A stretch of 64,000 bases of DNA, from the NCBI RefSeq assembly GCF_006345805.1, contig NC_043012.1, forward strand, positions 7,626,001-7,690,000, given 5' to 3'. The DNA comes from Octopus sinensis. Its lineage: Eukaryota. Position numbers and translations under genes: made by a program. The notes under the pieces are model-generated. The model was not told the origin of the DNA and ran no database searches. It saw nothing but the letters and a program-made list of their open reading frames with translations. Below, piece after piece: positions 14,008 through 27,345 of this stretch (within the stretch, counting starts at the first letter, position 1; every line of letters starts with the position of its first letter).

Positions 14008-14883
14008 TTTTATTCAGCTCTACTTTGTGTGCCTCCAGTTAATTAATGTGCAAGTTGCTATAATGGTACTTTGACTCTTGCTGTCTTATACTACAAATGT
14101 CTGCACCTGTTGCCAAATCATGAACCACACGAAACTGTGCTTCAAACTATGTTCTTGTTTGGGATACAAAACTGGAACTAAGCACTCTTCTGTGCAAGAA
14201 ACAAAGTTTAACTTCATTTTAGAAAGAACATCCTCTCAAATGATTTCCTGTTTGCATTGTGTGTTTATTTTTTGCTTTTTATCAAATAAATTTCTCCAAA
14301 TTTCCTCTTTCAATTTTCAAACTAAATAGTAATTTCATTACCCCTAGCAGTGAGTAACAATTTTCTGACATTATTTATTCCTCATTTAATTAGGAGACTG
14401 ATGACCAGGAATCATATCTTCTAAATTATACGTGGAAAAAACTGGTAATCAACTTTACCAGCTTCCAGGAATGTATTTAATATGTAAAATTGGTATATCC
14501 AATAACATTACACCACTGTATATTGTGGCTATTTAAGCAATGTGTTTGTGAATGATTAAAGGTTAGATGGGTGCTGATGAAGGGGCAATCCCCCCCCCCC
14601 AATATGGCATATACACCCATTACCCTTTTTTCTTCTTTGATTTCATTGTTTGTTTACATCTGATGTCTTGTGTACAAAACATTGCAACAAAAATCAGTAC
14701 TGGTTTTAATTTCTGTCGAACACCTGTAGATATAACCTTAACAAGTAAACTGTTCAATCTACCTTGGCAGGTGAAAGTACCTGACAAAAAACCAATTCAC
14801 AAAGTACACTAGGTCTTTATGCTGTACTGCATCTCATCAAAATCTCTAGCTTTTTTTTTTAACAAGATTAAAAAACAGGGCTT

Positions 14884-15105
14884 TTAACCCTTTTGCGTTT
14901 AGCTTACTCAGTCAAATGTAATGCTTATTTATCGAAATTGTTTTGAATTAATCCTACATCATCTTGTAGCTTTGAAATGATGTGAGCATTTATCTTTAGA
15001 ATGATTTTGAAGTGTGAGAAGACATGTGGTTGTTTCGAACTTAAAACAGGTAAAATATTTGAGCCAGATATAACAGGTTTAAATGCTAATGGATCAAGAG
15101 TTAAC
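14884..15105. mobile_element. piggyBac-type MITE (degenerate)
   Basis: Starts TTAACCCTTT; internal homology to 55025-55221. Confidence 0.6.
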
Positions 15106-15554
15106 AATGTATAAATGGAGCAAGCAATGCATCAGCTACTTTTTCCATAGTAGTGCTCATTCCACAGTATGGTTTTTGACTCGTAAAACTGATGTTCTGT
15201 TTCCAACACTTAAGATAAAATGTTACTGCTTTTATAAGTCAGCACTTGCTCCATCTGCTAGAGATAGCAGCCAAATCTCAAGCAAACTTCTTAGTTTAAG
15301 ATGATAATGTGATTTGAGAGGAGTTTAGCTGCAATTTCTAACCATTTAGCCGCTCATATTAATATTGTTAGTAGTAGTATTGCTAATGGATGTATAGTTG
15401 TGTAAACCTTAGTTAGTCCAGATCTGACACTATGGTAAAATGTGTTCCAGCAATGTCCGTCATCTTTTATTCAAGCATTATCTATTTAGGACCATTTATC
15501 CAAAGTGTTGCTTTCTTCTTTCTTAAGAAAGTATTATTTTACTTTCATTTTCTA

Positions 15555-15925
15555 TTATTCTTTTACTTGTTTCAGTCATTGGACTGTGTCCATGCTGGGG
15601 CACTGACTTGAAGAGTTTTAGTACATTTTTTTTTCATTTTTTAAGTTTGGTTCTTATTGTATCAGTCTCTTTTGCCAAACTACTAAGTTACTGGCACACA
15701 AATAAACCTATATAGGTTGTCACACCTGCAGTGGTAGCAGGTGTGACAAATACAAAGATTGGCATGCATGCACACATATACACACACACACAACAGGCTT
15801 CCACACAGTTTCAATCTCCCAAATTCACTCACAAGGCATTGGTCAGCCCAAACTGCTGTGAAGTGTGACTGAACCTGAAACCTTGTGGTGGCTAAGCAAA
15901 CTTCTTAATCACACAACCATGCTTA
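15555..15925 (-). mobile_element. Diverged SINE family A
   Basis: TTTTACTTGTTTCAGTCATT start and CACTCACAAGGC segment. Confidence 0.75.
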
Positions 15926-17067
15926 TCTCTAGAGATTTTAGCTGTTATTTCTAGCAGACTGACTGAAACCACAGTGAGTTCCTTCATTTACTCACAACCA
16001 GTGAAGTGTGATTGCTGTTAGGAGCTAAAACAACTATTATTCAGTCCATCCATTGTCTCTGTTTTAGAAATCTCTTTTATCCTTTCATCTCTGTTCTCTC
16101 TCTCTCATATTGCATCTGATAATTTCATCTCTACAGTTACCATGGAGTACCACTCCAGCCATTCCTCTTTTAGAAACCTCTCATCTTCACAACCTTAATA
16201 TAAAGGGTCCCTTGAGAATAGTTATGATGATGATAAAGATGTTGGGGGTTTAATTTCTCTTTTCTTTCTCATTTTCTATGTTTTCCCTTTTCTTTTTTTA
16301 TGATCCCCTTTCAATTTTCTTTTTATTTCATTCATTCATTCTCTTCCTAATTATTTATTTATCATCCCCTTTTATTCATAACCTAGTTAGACAGGAAAAA
16401 AAATATTAATGCTGATAATGGTGGTTTATATTTGACACCTATGATAGAAGCCCTTACCATTAACCCCAAACAGTGTTTAAGCCCAATAGAATCCTAAAAT
16501 TAGGTTCTGGTCTCCACATATTTCTTTTCCAATGAAAAACTCTATAGGCTCTACCTTGAAAACATTAACCCTTTTGATATCAACTCACCCTGGTTCTATG
16601 ACACAAACACCGGTTTTAAAGTGATCCAATTTTAATCTTCCCATCAAAATTTCATGTTAATTCATGTTCCTAACTACAACTTAATAATGGTTTTACATTT
16701 TGACACTCAGCCAGCAATTTCAGTTGATTACAACAACCTCAGTGATTAACTGGTACTTATTTTATCACCCTCTGAAAGAATGAAAGGAAGACAGACAAAA
16801 AGCTACTAAGCATTTTGCCTAACACTCTAACATCCCTGGCAGCTTGCTGCCTTACAGTAGCAGTTATTTTACTAAATTCTTCATTATTTTTCAAATAGCG
16901 ATGGTAACAAATGAGTTTGATATTCCATCTTATTACATCAATCTATCAGAAGTTTTTTTTTTCTATTTTTAAAACAAGAAATATAGAAGAAAATAAAGCA
17001 TGCTCTCCCATCCATTCTTCCTTTGACCACCCACCCTGATTCTTTTTTTGTATTTAAGCATTTAACA

Positions 17068-17460
17068 TCTTTTACTTGTTTCAGTCATTGGACTGCAGAC
17101 ATGCTGGATCCTTGGCTTTGAGGGTTTAGTCAAACACATCAACCTCAGTGCTTTATTATTTATTATTTATTTATTTTTTGCTTTAAGAAAACCATTACTT
17201 ATTCTATTGATCTCTTTGGCCAAACTGCTACATCACAGGAATGTAAACAAACCAGCACCAATTGTCAAGCACTGGTGAGGAGCAAACTCTCTCACACACA
17301 CACACACACAACAAGCTTCTTTCTGTTTCTACCAAATCCATTCACAAGGCTTTGGTTACCCTGGAGCCTTAGTAGAAGACATTTGCCCAAGGTGCCATGT
17401 GGTGGAACTGAACATGGAACCATGTAGCTGAGAAGAGAACTTCTCATCACACATCCACAC
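17068..17460 (-). mobile_element. Diverged SINE family A
   Basis: Same module order as the consensus. Confidence 0.78.
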
Positions 17461-17751
17461 CTTCATCTGCTTAAGCTAGTAAAATTAAAAGCTTCATCAT
17501 TCTGGCAGTGTTTTAAACCTCCAATTATTATAGATCCATTGAAATCTACTCAATCATTTAATTCCATTCAGCTCTTTTTCAGCATTGCTAACAGCCAAAC
17601 AAGTGCCTGGCTGATCTTTGGCTCAACCTTACAAACTGATATCTGCTAACCCATAGTTACCTCTACCTTTTGGCAGGTTATGATCTAACATTTTGGACCA
17701 AAGGTTTTAACATCTTATCAAGTTATAACAAACAGAAGGGCCCTAAGAGGA

Positions 17752-17978
17752 TTAATCCATTTGTTACCATATTTCTGTTAAAATACACAGCCTTTATTTC
17801 AGATGATTTTAAAAATAATGAATTTAGTAAAATAACTTTATCATCATTAAGCTGGTGTTAAAAGCATAAATTAACATGAAACTTCAGTGGAACATTTTCA
17901 ATTTACATCACTTTAAAATGTGAAGTTTGTATCAAAGGACCAGGAGCAGTCTCAGAAGGATTAATGTCAAAAGGGTTA
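17752..17978. mobile_element. piggyBac-type MITE, second subfamily
   Basis: TTAATCCATTTGTTACC ... GTCAAAAGGGTTAA; related copies at ~16566-16915, ~28300-28463 and ~40215-40338. Confidence 0.6.
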
Positions 17979-18636
17979 AGTGTTTATAAGGGATTTTCAA
18001 ACTCAAATGTTATTGGTTAGAATTGGAATTTCTCTGCTACAAGCAGAGAAGCCTCTGTGATGATACCCAACTTGGTAGGAATGACTGCTAAATCTTTCTT
18101 AAATCATATCCTGCAGTCTTTTATAAAGGAAGGACACTTTGGATAATGTATTTCTACATATACAATGAACACAACCGAAATATTTTTAATTATTGATCTG
18201 CTGGATCGAGACTGACCTACAGCTAAACAACAACTTCACAAATCTCTGTTTATTCATCAAGGAATTCAGCACCATTTGCTATTTGAATAGTAAGTCTATA
18301 ATAATAATTTGGCATTTTTATTTTAGAAAGTTGGAGAATGGAGGTGGTTGTTTGGTTATGGCTGTTGGACACTTGTTGCTATGGAGATGAATCAATTAAT
18401 TCGTTCTCAGATTAACATCTCCCCTGCTTTCATATTACAATAATTCCAAATATTTCTCTCTATAGTTGGATCCAAAATAACTGAACAATAGTAATCTAAT
18501 GGCTTCTTTGTCAGTTAACGACTATCTAAAGGCTGCAAGTTGGTGCCATTTTTATCTCAAACCTCACTCCAATTAGGCTACACACCACCCAACAAAAATA
18601 TATAAACTTATACAGAATAAATTATGAATTCACATA

Positions 18637-18684
<48 letters not shown>

Positions 18685-18791
18685 CTCATTCACTGGGATT
18701 ATAATGTATAACCTCTTGAAGAAAATATGTCGAACTTGCTGGAATTGGATTTCATTGTGTTGACCACCATCCAATAAATGAATTATAAGTA

Positions 18792-19316
18792 CCATAAATC
18801 CTCAAGAATAGTCCGCGCTTGAGTATAATAATACACAGGGGATTTTTAGGAGGCTGTACCTCTGAAAAACCTAAACCTTGTGTATAATACACACCCCTTC
18901 TCTAACTTGAGTCAAGGAGGTCTATATAATGTCTTTGGTTTGTAAAAATGTATACGATAACGTCCTTTATTATTATTGTGTATATAACATAATGCGAACA
19001 TGTAGCTTTTTTGTGCATTTTGTTTGCAGAAAATAAAGAAATAACAGTAATAATAGTAATAAAGTTTAGTAACTGTTGCTTACTGCAAGTTACGGATGAT
19101 TCTTTTACGACTTCGTTGCTTTCAGGCTTAGCTTAAAGTATTTTTGCACCCAACATCACAAAATGTGTCTGAATAAACATTGCCAGACAGCAAATTGAGA
19201 CTCGGACATTGCTTAGAAAATAATTTTCATTTTTAACCTCGTATATAGTATGCACTAGGGATTTTGACCTTTAAATTTTTGGAAAAAAAATGCGGATTAT
19301 ACTCGAGGATTTATGG
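18792..19316. mobile_element. pogo/Tc2-like MITE with TA target-site duplication
   Basis: TA|CCATAAATCCTCAAGAATAGTCCGC ... GCGGATTATACTCGAGGATTTATGG|TA imperfect terminal inverted repeats. Confidence 0.8.
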
Positions 19317-19436
19317 TATCTCTCTTATAAAACTGCTCCCCAGTGTTATTAGTATTTTCTCAAGTGATGGTGTGAAATATACAGACTTCATATAAGATAA
19401 CATGAGTCAAGAAGAAAATTTAATGACAATGTTTGA

Positions 19437-19925
19437 TCATCATCATCATTTAACATCTGATATCCATGCTGGCATTGGTTGGACAGTTTGACTAAGCTGG
19501 CATGTTGGAAGGCTGTGCCAGGATCAAGTCTGATTTGGCATGGTTTTCTATGGCTGAATGCCCTTCCTAATGCCAATCACTCCGAGAGTGTAATGGGTCT
19601 TTTTACATGCTACCAGCACGGGTGCCATTTGCATGACACTGGTATTTGCCACAACTGCGATTTTGCTTGGCTTGATGGGTCTTCTTCTCAAGCACAATAT
19701 AATGCCTAAGGTCTTGGTCATTGCATCTGTGAGGCCCAACACTAGAAAGGAGCTTGGCAACTCTGCCTCCATGAGGCCCAACACTTGAAAGAAACTCAGC
19801 CACCTCACCTCCGTGAGGCCTGCTCGAAAGAAATTCGGCCACCTCGCCTCTGTGGGGCCCAACACTCGAAAGGAACTTAACCACTTTTCCTCCATGAGGC
19901 CCAACATTTGAAAGGAACTCAGCCA
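19437..19925 (-). mobile_element. Long family C element with five ~42-bp tandem units at its 5' end
   Basis: (CAT)n tail at 19437; unit TGAGGCCCAACACTYGAAAGGAACTCAGCCACCTCGCCTCCR repeated at 19730-19925. Confidence 0.8.
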
Positions 19926-21468
19926 CACATATATAGACTAGGAGGTGGATTTTAAAAAGTCAGTTTTTTGGGGCTTTTTTTTTATAGATATTTCTCATAG
20001 AAAGATCCTTGGCCCAATCAGTCATACTCATGACCCAAAACTCATTGGCTATTTTCTTTGTCTTATGCTCCAGTTCATGTGATTCATATGATAAATGGAG
20101 ACAAATCACTTTGCAAAATATAAGCAACGAAAACAGGAGGGTAAACTAAAGAAAATGAAGTCATTTTGCCATAAATATAATATATATTAGCAAGAGGCAG
20201 TATCAATACTGAGAAGTAATATTTATTCCCACTTGAACGTGAATTTTCTATCAGAACAAACTATACAGCAATGGTTACAATCAGAAGAACTCTCATATGG
20301 GATTTTGGTACAAAATGCACTCTTGTTTATATTGCTAGCAGTGAGACAAATCCCAAGCCCCAAGACTATCAGATCATGTGATTTTGATCTTCCTTTGTCT
20401 TGTCAGTGATGGATAGTTGACTGCTAGAAATAACAGCAACTCCTCTCCTTGCTAGTGATATATCAAATGACAATGCCAGAACAGGTGCTGGTGTCATGAT
20501 TAGCCAATGAGCTTGTTTATATATATATATATATATAATATAGGCACAGGCATAGCTGTGTAATTATGAAGTTTGTTTCACAGTTACATGGTTTAGGGCT
20601 CAACTCCATTGCATGACATCTTGAGCAGGTCTTTTATATAGTCTCAGGCCAACCAAAAGCCTTCTGATGAGTTTAGTAGACTGAAAGAAGCCTGTGCAAC
20701 TATTAATCCAGACATTTTTATTTTATACTCTTTTCGGTTTTTTTCTGTAGAAGAGTGTATGCTCAAAATATCGAAGACATTTCCATTTTTCCTGAATGTC
20801 AAACTAATACACCTTGTTTGTTGTTTCTTCACCTGTATATGTCTTTTGTTTTTTGTGTGCTGTTTTAAACACTGTGTGTGTGTGTGTGTGATTATGACTT
20901 CTTGTCTTGACATCACATATAATATATGGTGATATCAAAAAATTTAAATAACTTTGTATTTCAGATTTTACCTGTAATTAGAGTTGAGATAAAGATTACA
21001 TCCATCCATCCATCTTCTCTACTCACTATTCCTGGGAGGGTTGTTGGGGTAGAATCCTCAGGCATCTCTTCCATAGGGTCCTATCAAAAACAACTATCAT
21101 TAGACTTGCCAGCAATGTTTGCTTGGACAGGATTTGAACTCATAATTAATTACTTCAAAGTATCTTGTCTCCAATATTTTACCAATTCTACCATCTACTC
21201 CTTATTAACCCAAAGGTTAGTTTGACACTGCACCTTACTGGCTTGTATGCATTCTTTCTGTGGGCTCAATGCAGAGCTAATTTGAGATAATAAGAGTGAA
21301 TTTGTACTTGCCTCAGGACAAATATACTTCTATTTATACAGGTAACCAGCATAATTTTATTGGTCAAGAAGTGCTTTTTTTTTTCTTTTCTTTTTTCACC
21401 CAATCAAGTGACAATAAATATAAAGTAGGGAGGGGAAAAAAATGACCATATATCTATCTATCTATCTA

Positions 21469-21514
<46 letters not shown>

Positions 21515-21959
21515 ATTATAATCTTCATCATTGTTACCAAAGCCACCACCATCATTATTATCATTGACTTTGTTATTGTTTTACTATCCACTTTTCCTGC
21601 CGGCATTTGGCATTCATTGGGTTTGCTATAAACACATAATATATTATTTAACAGCCTGGACAAATGAATACAGGACTTGACCTAGAGAAGCAGGAAATAT
21701 TTCATAGTTTAGGATCAATAAACGAACACACGAATATGGTGATTCAGAATGAAAGCACGAAACTGGAGTGGCCTTTTAGAAAGAGCTTAGATTGGTTATT
21801 GCTTTCCTGGAGCCTCTAACTCTTTTATGCCCTCGACACCAACAACAGTAGCATACTACACTTATTTATGGCAAAATTACCTGGAAATACATCACTAAAT
21901 CTGTTCTTCTCTTTAAATATGTGATAACAGCATGTTTTCCTGTGTAGATTAGCTTATAT

Positions 21960-22435
21960 CAGTGGTTCTCAACCATTTTCTTATAACCTATGGACCTCTT
22001 TGATTCCTATTTTATTTGTATGAACCCTCATAGCCATTTGATGTAAGAAAAAAAAAACAATCCTATTTTAGTTTTATCATTAAATGTTGGTTTCAAATTT
22101 TGGCACAAGACCAGCAATTTTGGGCAAGAGGGTAAGTCAATTAGATCAACCCAGTGTTCAACTGGTACTTGTTTTATTGATCCCCAGAAAGACGAAGGGC
22201 AAAGTTGACCTTGGCGGAATTTGAACTCGGAATATAAAAACCTGAGATGCCACTAAACATTTTACTTGGCATGCTAACAGTTGCGCCATCTTGCCATCTT
22301 TTTATCATTAAATATTGCTAGGAATTATGTAACAAAATTATTTAAAATATTTTATATATTACAAAAATATAACCAGTTTTTTGCACATAAACTTTAACAA
22401 CAAAATCTTATATGGACCCTGGTTAAAAACCATTG
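21960..22435. mobile_element. hAT MITE with nested SINE family B (~22090-22298, minus strand)
   Basis: CAGTGGTTCTCAACC ... GGTTAAAAACCATTG termini. Confidence 0.75.
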
Positions 22436-23519
22436 CTTTGAATGCTCACCATTTTGTGCCTCGAGAGTTTGCTCTGGTATCTCATCACCATAATCTTTAT
22501 CTTTTTTACAGCTACTCCCACCCACCCTTATATAATGCAGGATGGTTGTGTATTTCTTCTATAGCATGGCACCTGTACCTGTCTATCATACTTTAGCCCC
22601 TCAACACCCAACATAAAGCCACCTCTCCTCTTTCAAATAAACTCTTACTCAGAGAAGAGGGGGTCTTTTTCTTGTCCTACGAGTTAGTTGGTAACATCAC
22701 TAGTGCCAGTGTCACAAATATAGGTACCCAGTATACATTGTAAAGTGATTGGTGTTAAGAAGGGCATCCTGCTGAAGAAACCATGCCAAAGCTGACATAG
22801 GAGAATAACATAGTCCTGTAGCTTGTCAGATTGTATCAAACCATCCAACCTATGACAGCATGGAAAAACAGATGTTAAGTGATGATGATGATGATAAGTT
22901 AAGACCAATGCTCTGTTTGTTGATGGGAACACTTAGGACAAACCACATCCTACTACCATGCCCCTGACCTTTAGTTGATATGAAATCTTTGAAAAGAGTC
23001 TTTTGACCTGTTCAATATTTCAGCTAGGAAACACTTCTCTTTTTAGAAATAGGAACTTTGTCTTTCAATCTGTTCGCTGCAGAAATCAGATATATCTACT
23101 CAAAATTTCATTACTCTCAACTGTGGAAAGCAATTTGCTGAGATATGTCAAGTTTATTGAGGCAATGAGACTTACAGAAATATCAGTTTAAAAAAAATTT
23201 TTTCTTTATTTATTAATCGCTTGTTTTGCTAGATATTTGATGTTGTTACTGGAATAACCATGAAATTTAATTTTGCAATTAAAGTCTAATACGGCATTAT
23301 CTCATGGAAATAAATGAAATAATGAATCCTTGTCATCATTTAACGTCTGTTTTCCATGCTGACATGCATTGGATGGTTTCACAGGAGCTGGCTCCATTTG
23401 TCTGTTTTGGCTTGGTTTCTGTGGCTGGAAGCCCTTCTTAACATCAGCCACTTTATAGTGTGTATTGAGTGCTTTTTAAGTGGCTCCAGCATAGGCATGG
23501 CACCAATTATAATCTTCTA

Positions 23520-24230
23520 TTGCAGTCCTCTCAAGTCATTGAAGAAGACTTGGTGTTTTTTCTCAGCTAAAGAGAAAGAGCAGCTAAATCTCCCATCGCA
23601 CTCTGCTGTCTTCAAAACAGGGTACATTAGTTTGTGAGGCTGTACTATACTTGAAGAAGGCTGGGAAAGTTTTTGATAAATCTGCTTGATCAGAGTTGAC
23701 TTCAGGCTAAACCACAATAACAAGCCTACAAGGGAACCTCTATATGATCACTCAGCTTGCTAGAAATAGCAGCCAAATTTCTTGTGAATCATACATTTGT
23801 GCCTTAAAAAAGGAAGAATACATTGTGCCTGAGCATGAAAATATTCAAGACAAGATGGTTGTGGCTAGAATGAATCTGCAACCATGGTCACCTCTTGATC
23901 ACTGTCCTCTCATCAAGGTTGACCTGGTGTTAAACTACTACTACTCCTGTAACAGTAACAGCTGCTACATCACTAAAACAGGTCATTAATAGAAGAAAAT
24001 ATCTGTAATAAGGCAAGTAAATGACAGAGCACCTGTTCAGCTAATTGTCCTGCTTGAGACAGCAGCTAAATCCTCTCAAATCATTAACTGTTGTCTGAAA
24101 ACAGTAACGACTTATTGGACAGTACAGCCCTAGATATGCTAAGGAAAAGATAGGGTGGTCTTATTTAGCATTTCTTTGATCATAGATCTGCCCTGACCTG
24201 GAGGCTGAGATCAAAACTACCACAACATGT
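23520..24230 (+). mobile_element. About three tandem copies of family D (unclassified retroposon-like repeat with (AAC)n-type tail)
   Basis: GCTAGAAATAGCAGCCAAAT...GATCAGRGYTGACCTGG...TAAACAACAAC; further copies near 18050, 48720(-), 54640, 58550(-) and 60080. Confidence 0.6.
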
Positions 24231-24329
24231 AATAATTTTTGAACATTATTTCATTAATTTAGTATTTTGGTATGCTAACCATTTAGCCACCATATCATGC
24301 TAACCATTTAGCTTCCAAATCATTGACTT

Positions 24330-24433
24330 CCACTGAAGATATGGTTCCAGGTTCATTCTCACAGCATGGGAAAATGTCTTCTACCAAAAAGCCTTATGAA
24401 TGGATTTGGCAGACGGAAACTAAAAGAAGCACA

Positions 24434-24464
<31 letters not shown>

Positions 24465-24680
24465 ACTGTGTAATGTAAAATGATTGTCACCATCATGAAA
24501 GTAATGTCATTCATTTCTAGTTTTCTACAAAATCATGACTGGCCATAGGGGAAAATTACCTCACTTGGAAACGAGTGAGGATTGGTGACAGAAGGGCATC
24601 TAACTGTAGAATACCTACCTTAAAAAAAAAAAAACTCCACCTGGCCCATGCAAACGTGGTAAAATGGTTGTTATGAGATG
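24330..24680 (+). mobile_element. Family E SINE (A-type head with C-type tail)
   Basis: A-like head followed by GGCCATAGGGGAAAATTACC...GAAGGGCATC...CCATGCAAACGTGGTAAAATGG; related sequence at 40940-41290 and 52520-52760. Confidence 0.6.
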
Positions 24681-24748
24681 TGTGTGTGTCATGTGTGTAT
24701 CGTTGGCAATTTTCTTTCTCCGTCTGCCCTTCTTTGGACTTTTTCTAT

Positions 24749-24783
24749 ATTTCTGATGAAGAGCTTCGCTTGAAACGTGAAAT
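24749..24783 (+). ncRNA. Minimal type-I hammerhead ribozyme-like motif
   Basis: ATTT-CTGATGA-A-GAGC-TTC-GCTT-GAAACGT-G-AAAT: stem I ATTT/AAAT, canonical core, stem II, palindromic ACGT stem III; cleavage triplet is GUG (non-permissive in this copy). Confidence 0.7.
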
Positions 24784-24892
24784 CTTTCTTTTCTTTCCTT
24801 TCCTGAGCGTCCAATAACACTGTACTTATTCCACGTCCTCACGTTTATTTTTTCTTGCTTGTTCATGTTTGGATTGAGTATATATATATATA

Positions 24893-25066
24893 TTAGCCAC
24901 TACACACATTTTTTTCTCTCTTTGTTTTTTCTGTGTCCCTTTCTGTAGAAGAGCATAGGCTTGAAACGTAAAAGACTTTTTTCTATTCCAGAGCATTATA
25001 CTAATACATCTGTTTGTTTTGTACACCACCTGTCTTCGTCTTTTGTTTTTTCGTAAACTCTCCCTA
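24893..25066 (+). mobile_element. ~170-bp hammerhead-bearing repeat unit (family H1)
   Basis: CTTT-CTGTAGA-A-GAGC-ATAG-GCTT-GAAACGT-A-AAAG at 24939-24974; homologous units at ~20715, 34552, 39800, 47110(-) and 53725(-). Confidence 0.7.
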
Positions 25067-25099
25067 TATATATATATATACATACATACATACATACAT

Positions 25100-25460
25100 A
25101 CAGGAGTGACTGTGTGGTAAGTAGCTTGCTTACCAACCACATGGTTACAGGTTCAGTCCCACTGCATGGCATCTTGGGCAAGTGTCTTCTACTACAGCCT
25201 CAGGCCGACCAAGGCCTTGTGAGTGGATTTGGTAGATGAAAAACTGAAAGAAGCCCGTTGTATATATATATGTGTTTGTCTGCCCAACATCGCTTGACAA
25301 CCAATGCTGGTGCATTTACATCTTATTCTATCGGCAAAAGAGCCCGATAGTTTAAGTTCTAGGCTTACAAAGAATAAGTCCTGGGGTCAGTTTGCTCAAC
25401 TAAAGGTGGCGCTCCAGCATGGCTGCAGTCAAATGACTGAAACAAGTAAAAGAATAAAAG
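25100..25460 (+). mobile_element. SINE family A
   Basis: Colinear with the consensus. Confidence 0.88.
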
Positions 25461-25966
25461 AAAGAATATATATACAAATATTAAATGAAATAGGGAAATA
25501 CAATTGACAAACTAAAAATTTATTTACATTCTAATATAATAAATATAACAAATCCTTAAAAACCACATATAATGCCAACAATTTGTTCTGACTTATGTAC
25601 AGTAGAGAATTTATAGAAAAATTCTTATCTATGTATGCAAGCCTCTTCAATGTTCAAAAAAACATATGAAATTCTATGTAAGGACTGCCAAATTGCAAAA
25701 ATGCTGATTCCAAAATGCCTGTTTAGCAGTAAAACGAAGGAAATATCTTCATTTATATAGATCAAATACATTTAAATATTCACTGTGTATTGGTTAAAGA
25801 ACATAGTCTTATATTGGGGTATATAAGCTCTCAATGGAAAAAGTAGGTTTTAATACGTATCTATACACACACACATTGTCTATCTGGTTGTATTGATTGA
25901 TAGTCCTTCCAACTAAAGTCCCCAGTAGTATGTCCATTGACTATACATATATGTATATATATATAT

Positions 25967-26180
25967 ACTCTTTTACTCTTTTACTTGTTTCAGTCATTTG
26001 ACTGCGGCCATGCTGGAACATCACCTTTAATCGAGCAAATCGACCCTGGGACTTATTCTTTTGTAAGCCCAGTACTTATTCCATCGGTCTCGTTTGCCGA
26101 ACCGCTAAGTAACGGGGACATAAACACACCAGCATCGGTTGTCAAGCAATGCTAGGGGACAAACACAGACACACACACGC

Positions 26181-26211
<31 letters not shown>

Positions 26212-26378
26212 TACGACGAGCTTCTTTCCGTTTCCGTCTACCAAATCCACTCACAAGGCTTTGGTCGGCCCGAGGCTATAGTAGAAGACACTTGCCCAAG
26301 GTGCCACGCAGTGGGACTGAACCCGGAACCATGAGGTTGGTATACAAGCTACTTACCACACAGCCACTCCTACGCCTA
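25967..26378 (-). mobile_element. SINE family A, full-length, in a (TA)n tract
   Basis: Colinear with the consensus. Confidence 0.9.
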
Positions 26379-26812
26379 TATATATATATATATATATAAT
26401 GTGCATGTATGCATGTTCCTGTGTATGTGTGGTATATTTGTATGTTCACTTATATGTATATAAGCTATATGTTCGACTTAGTTACTAGATCCTCCTATTG
26501 TACCATATTAATTCAACTGGCATTTCCAATCACTAATCCCAAGCAGACGCTCCATTAAAATGACTAACTTGTACCAAAATTCCATGGACGTAGATTCATC
26601 AATTCCCTGAGACTTCACAGACATTGAATTATAGCATATGTCCAAAATATGTGGGCTTATTGCTCTTCGCTCAGTTGAACAGCTTCACTTCCCCACCCCC
26701 CACCTAGCTAATAATATATCCATGTTACCCACCTCCCAGTCTCTTTTTGCAAACCCTTCATCACCCTTTCTCTTTTCTTTTTCCTATTCTAATCAATCTC
26801 CCTCTTCACTCA

Positions 26813-26814
<2 letters not shown>

Positions 26815-26863
<49 letters not shown>

Positions 26864-27098
26864 GTGTGTGTGTGTGTGTGTGTGTGTATGAAATGTAAAT
26901 TTCAATGCTTGGCTATTTTTCTCTTCATTTTTTTTTCTGTGTGTTTGTCCCCAGCTCTTACACCCATTCATTCCTTTTTTTCTATTTTTCCTCTTTTGAT
27001 CAACTTCTGTGCACCAACATTTCTCTCTCTCTCCCCTCTCAATGTGTATATGTGTCATATATATATATATATATATAATGTGCATGTGTGTATGTATG

Positions 27099-27130
<32 letters not shown>

Positions 27131-27345
27131 TGTAGATTTCAGTGTTTCTGCCTTTCTCTTCTCTCCGACTAACCATGTATTTCTCTCTCTCTCTCGTATG
27201 TGTGTATATAATATATATATATATACACACATACATATATGCTCATACACAGATTTCATTGTTTCTGTCTATTTGTCTCTTTTTTTACCCCCTCCAACCA
27301 TCCATCTCTCTCTCTCTCTCCCTCTCTCTCTCTCTCTCTTTCTCC
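26815..27345. repeat. Compound (CT)n/(GT)n/(TA)n microsatellite region
   Basis: Directly visible. Confidence 0.9.

Noticed and set aside
19730-19925. CRISPR-like appearance of regularly spaced repeats
   Set aside because: The units are contiguous and degenerate with no unique spacers; eukaryotic context and no cas genes
19603-19926. ORF with a 14-aa repeat (AEFLSSVGPHGGEV)
   Set aside because: By-product of a 42-bp tandem repeat within a retroposon; no gene context
20661-20690. CTGATGAGTTTAGTAGACTGAAAG hammerhead-like string
   Set aside because: Aligns to a degenerate SINE A segment (CCTTGTGAGTGGATTTGGTAGAC...CTGAAAGAAGCC); no stem I or III
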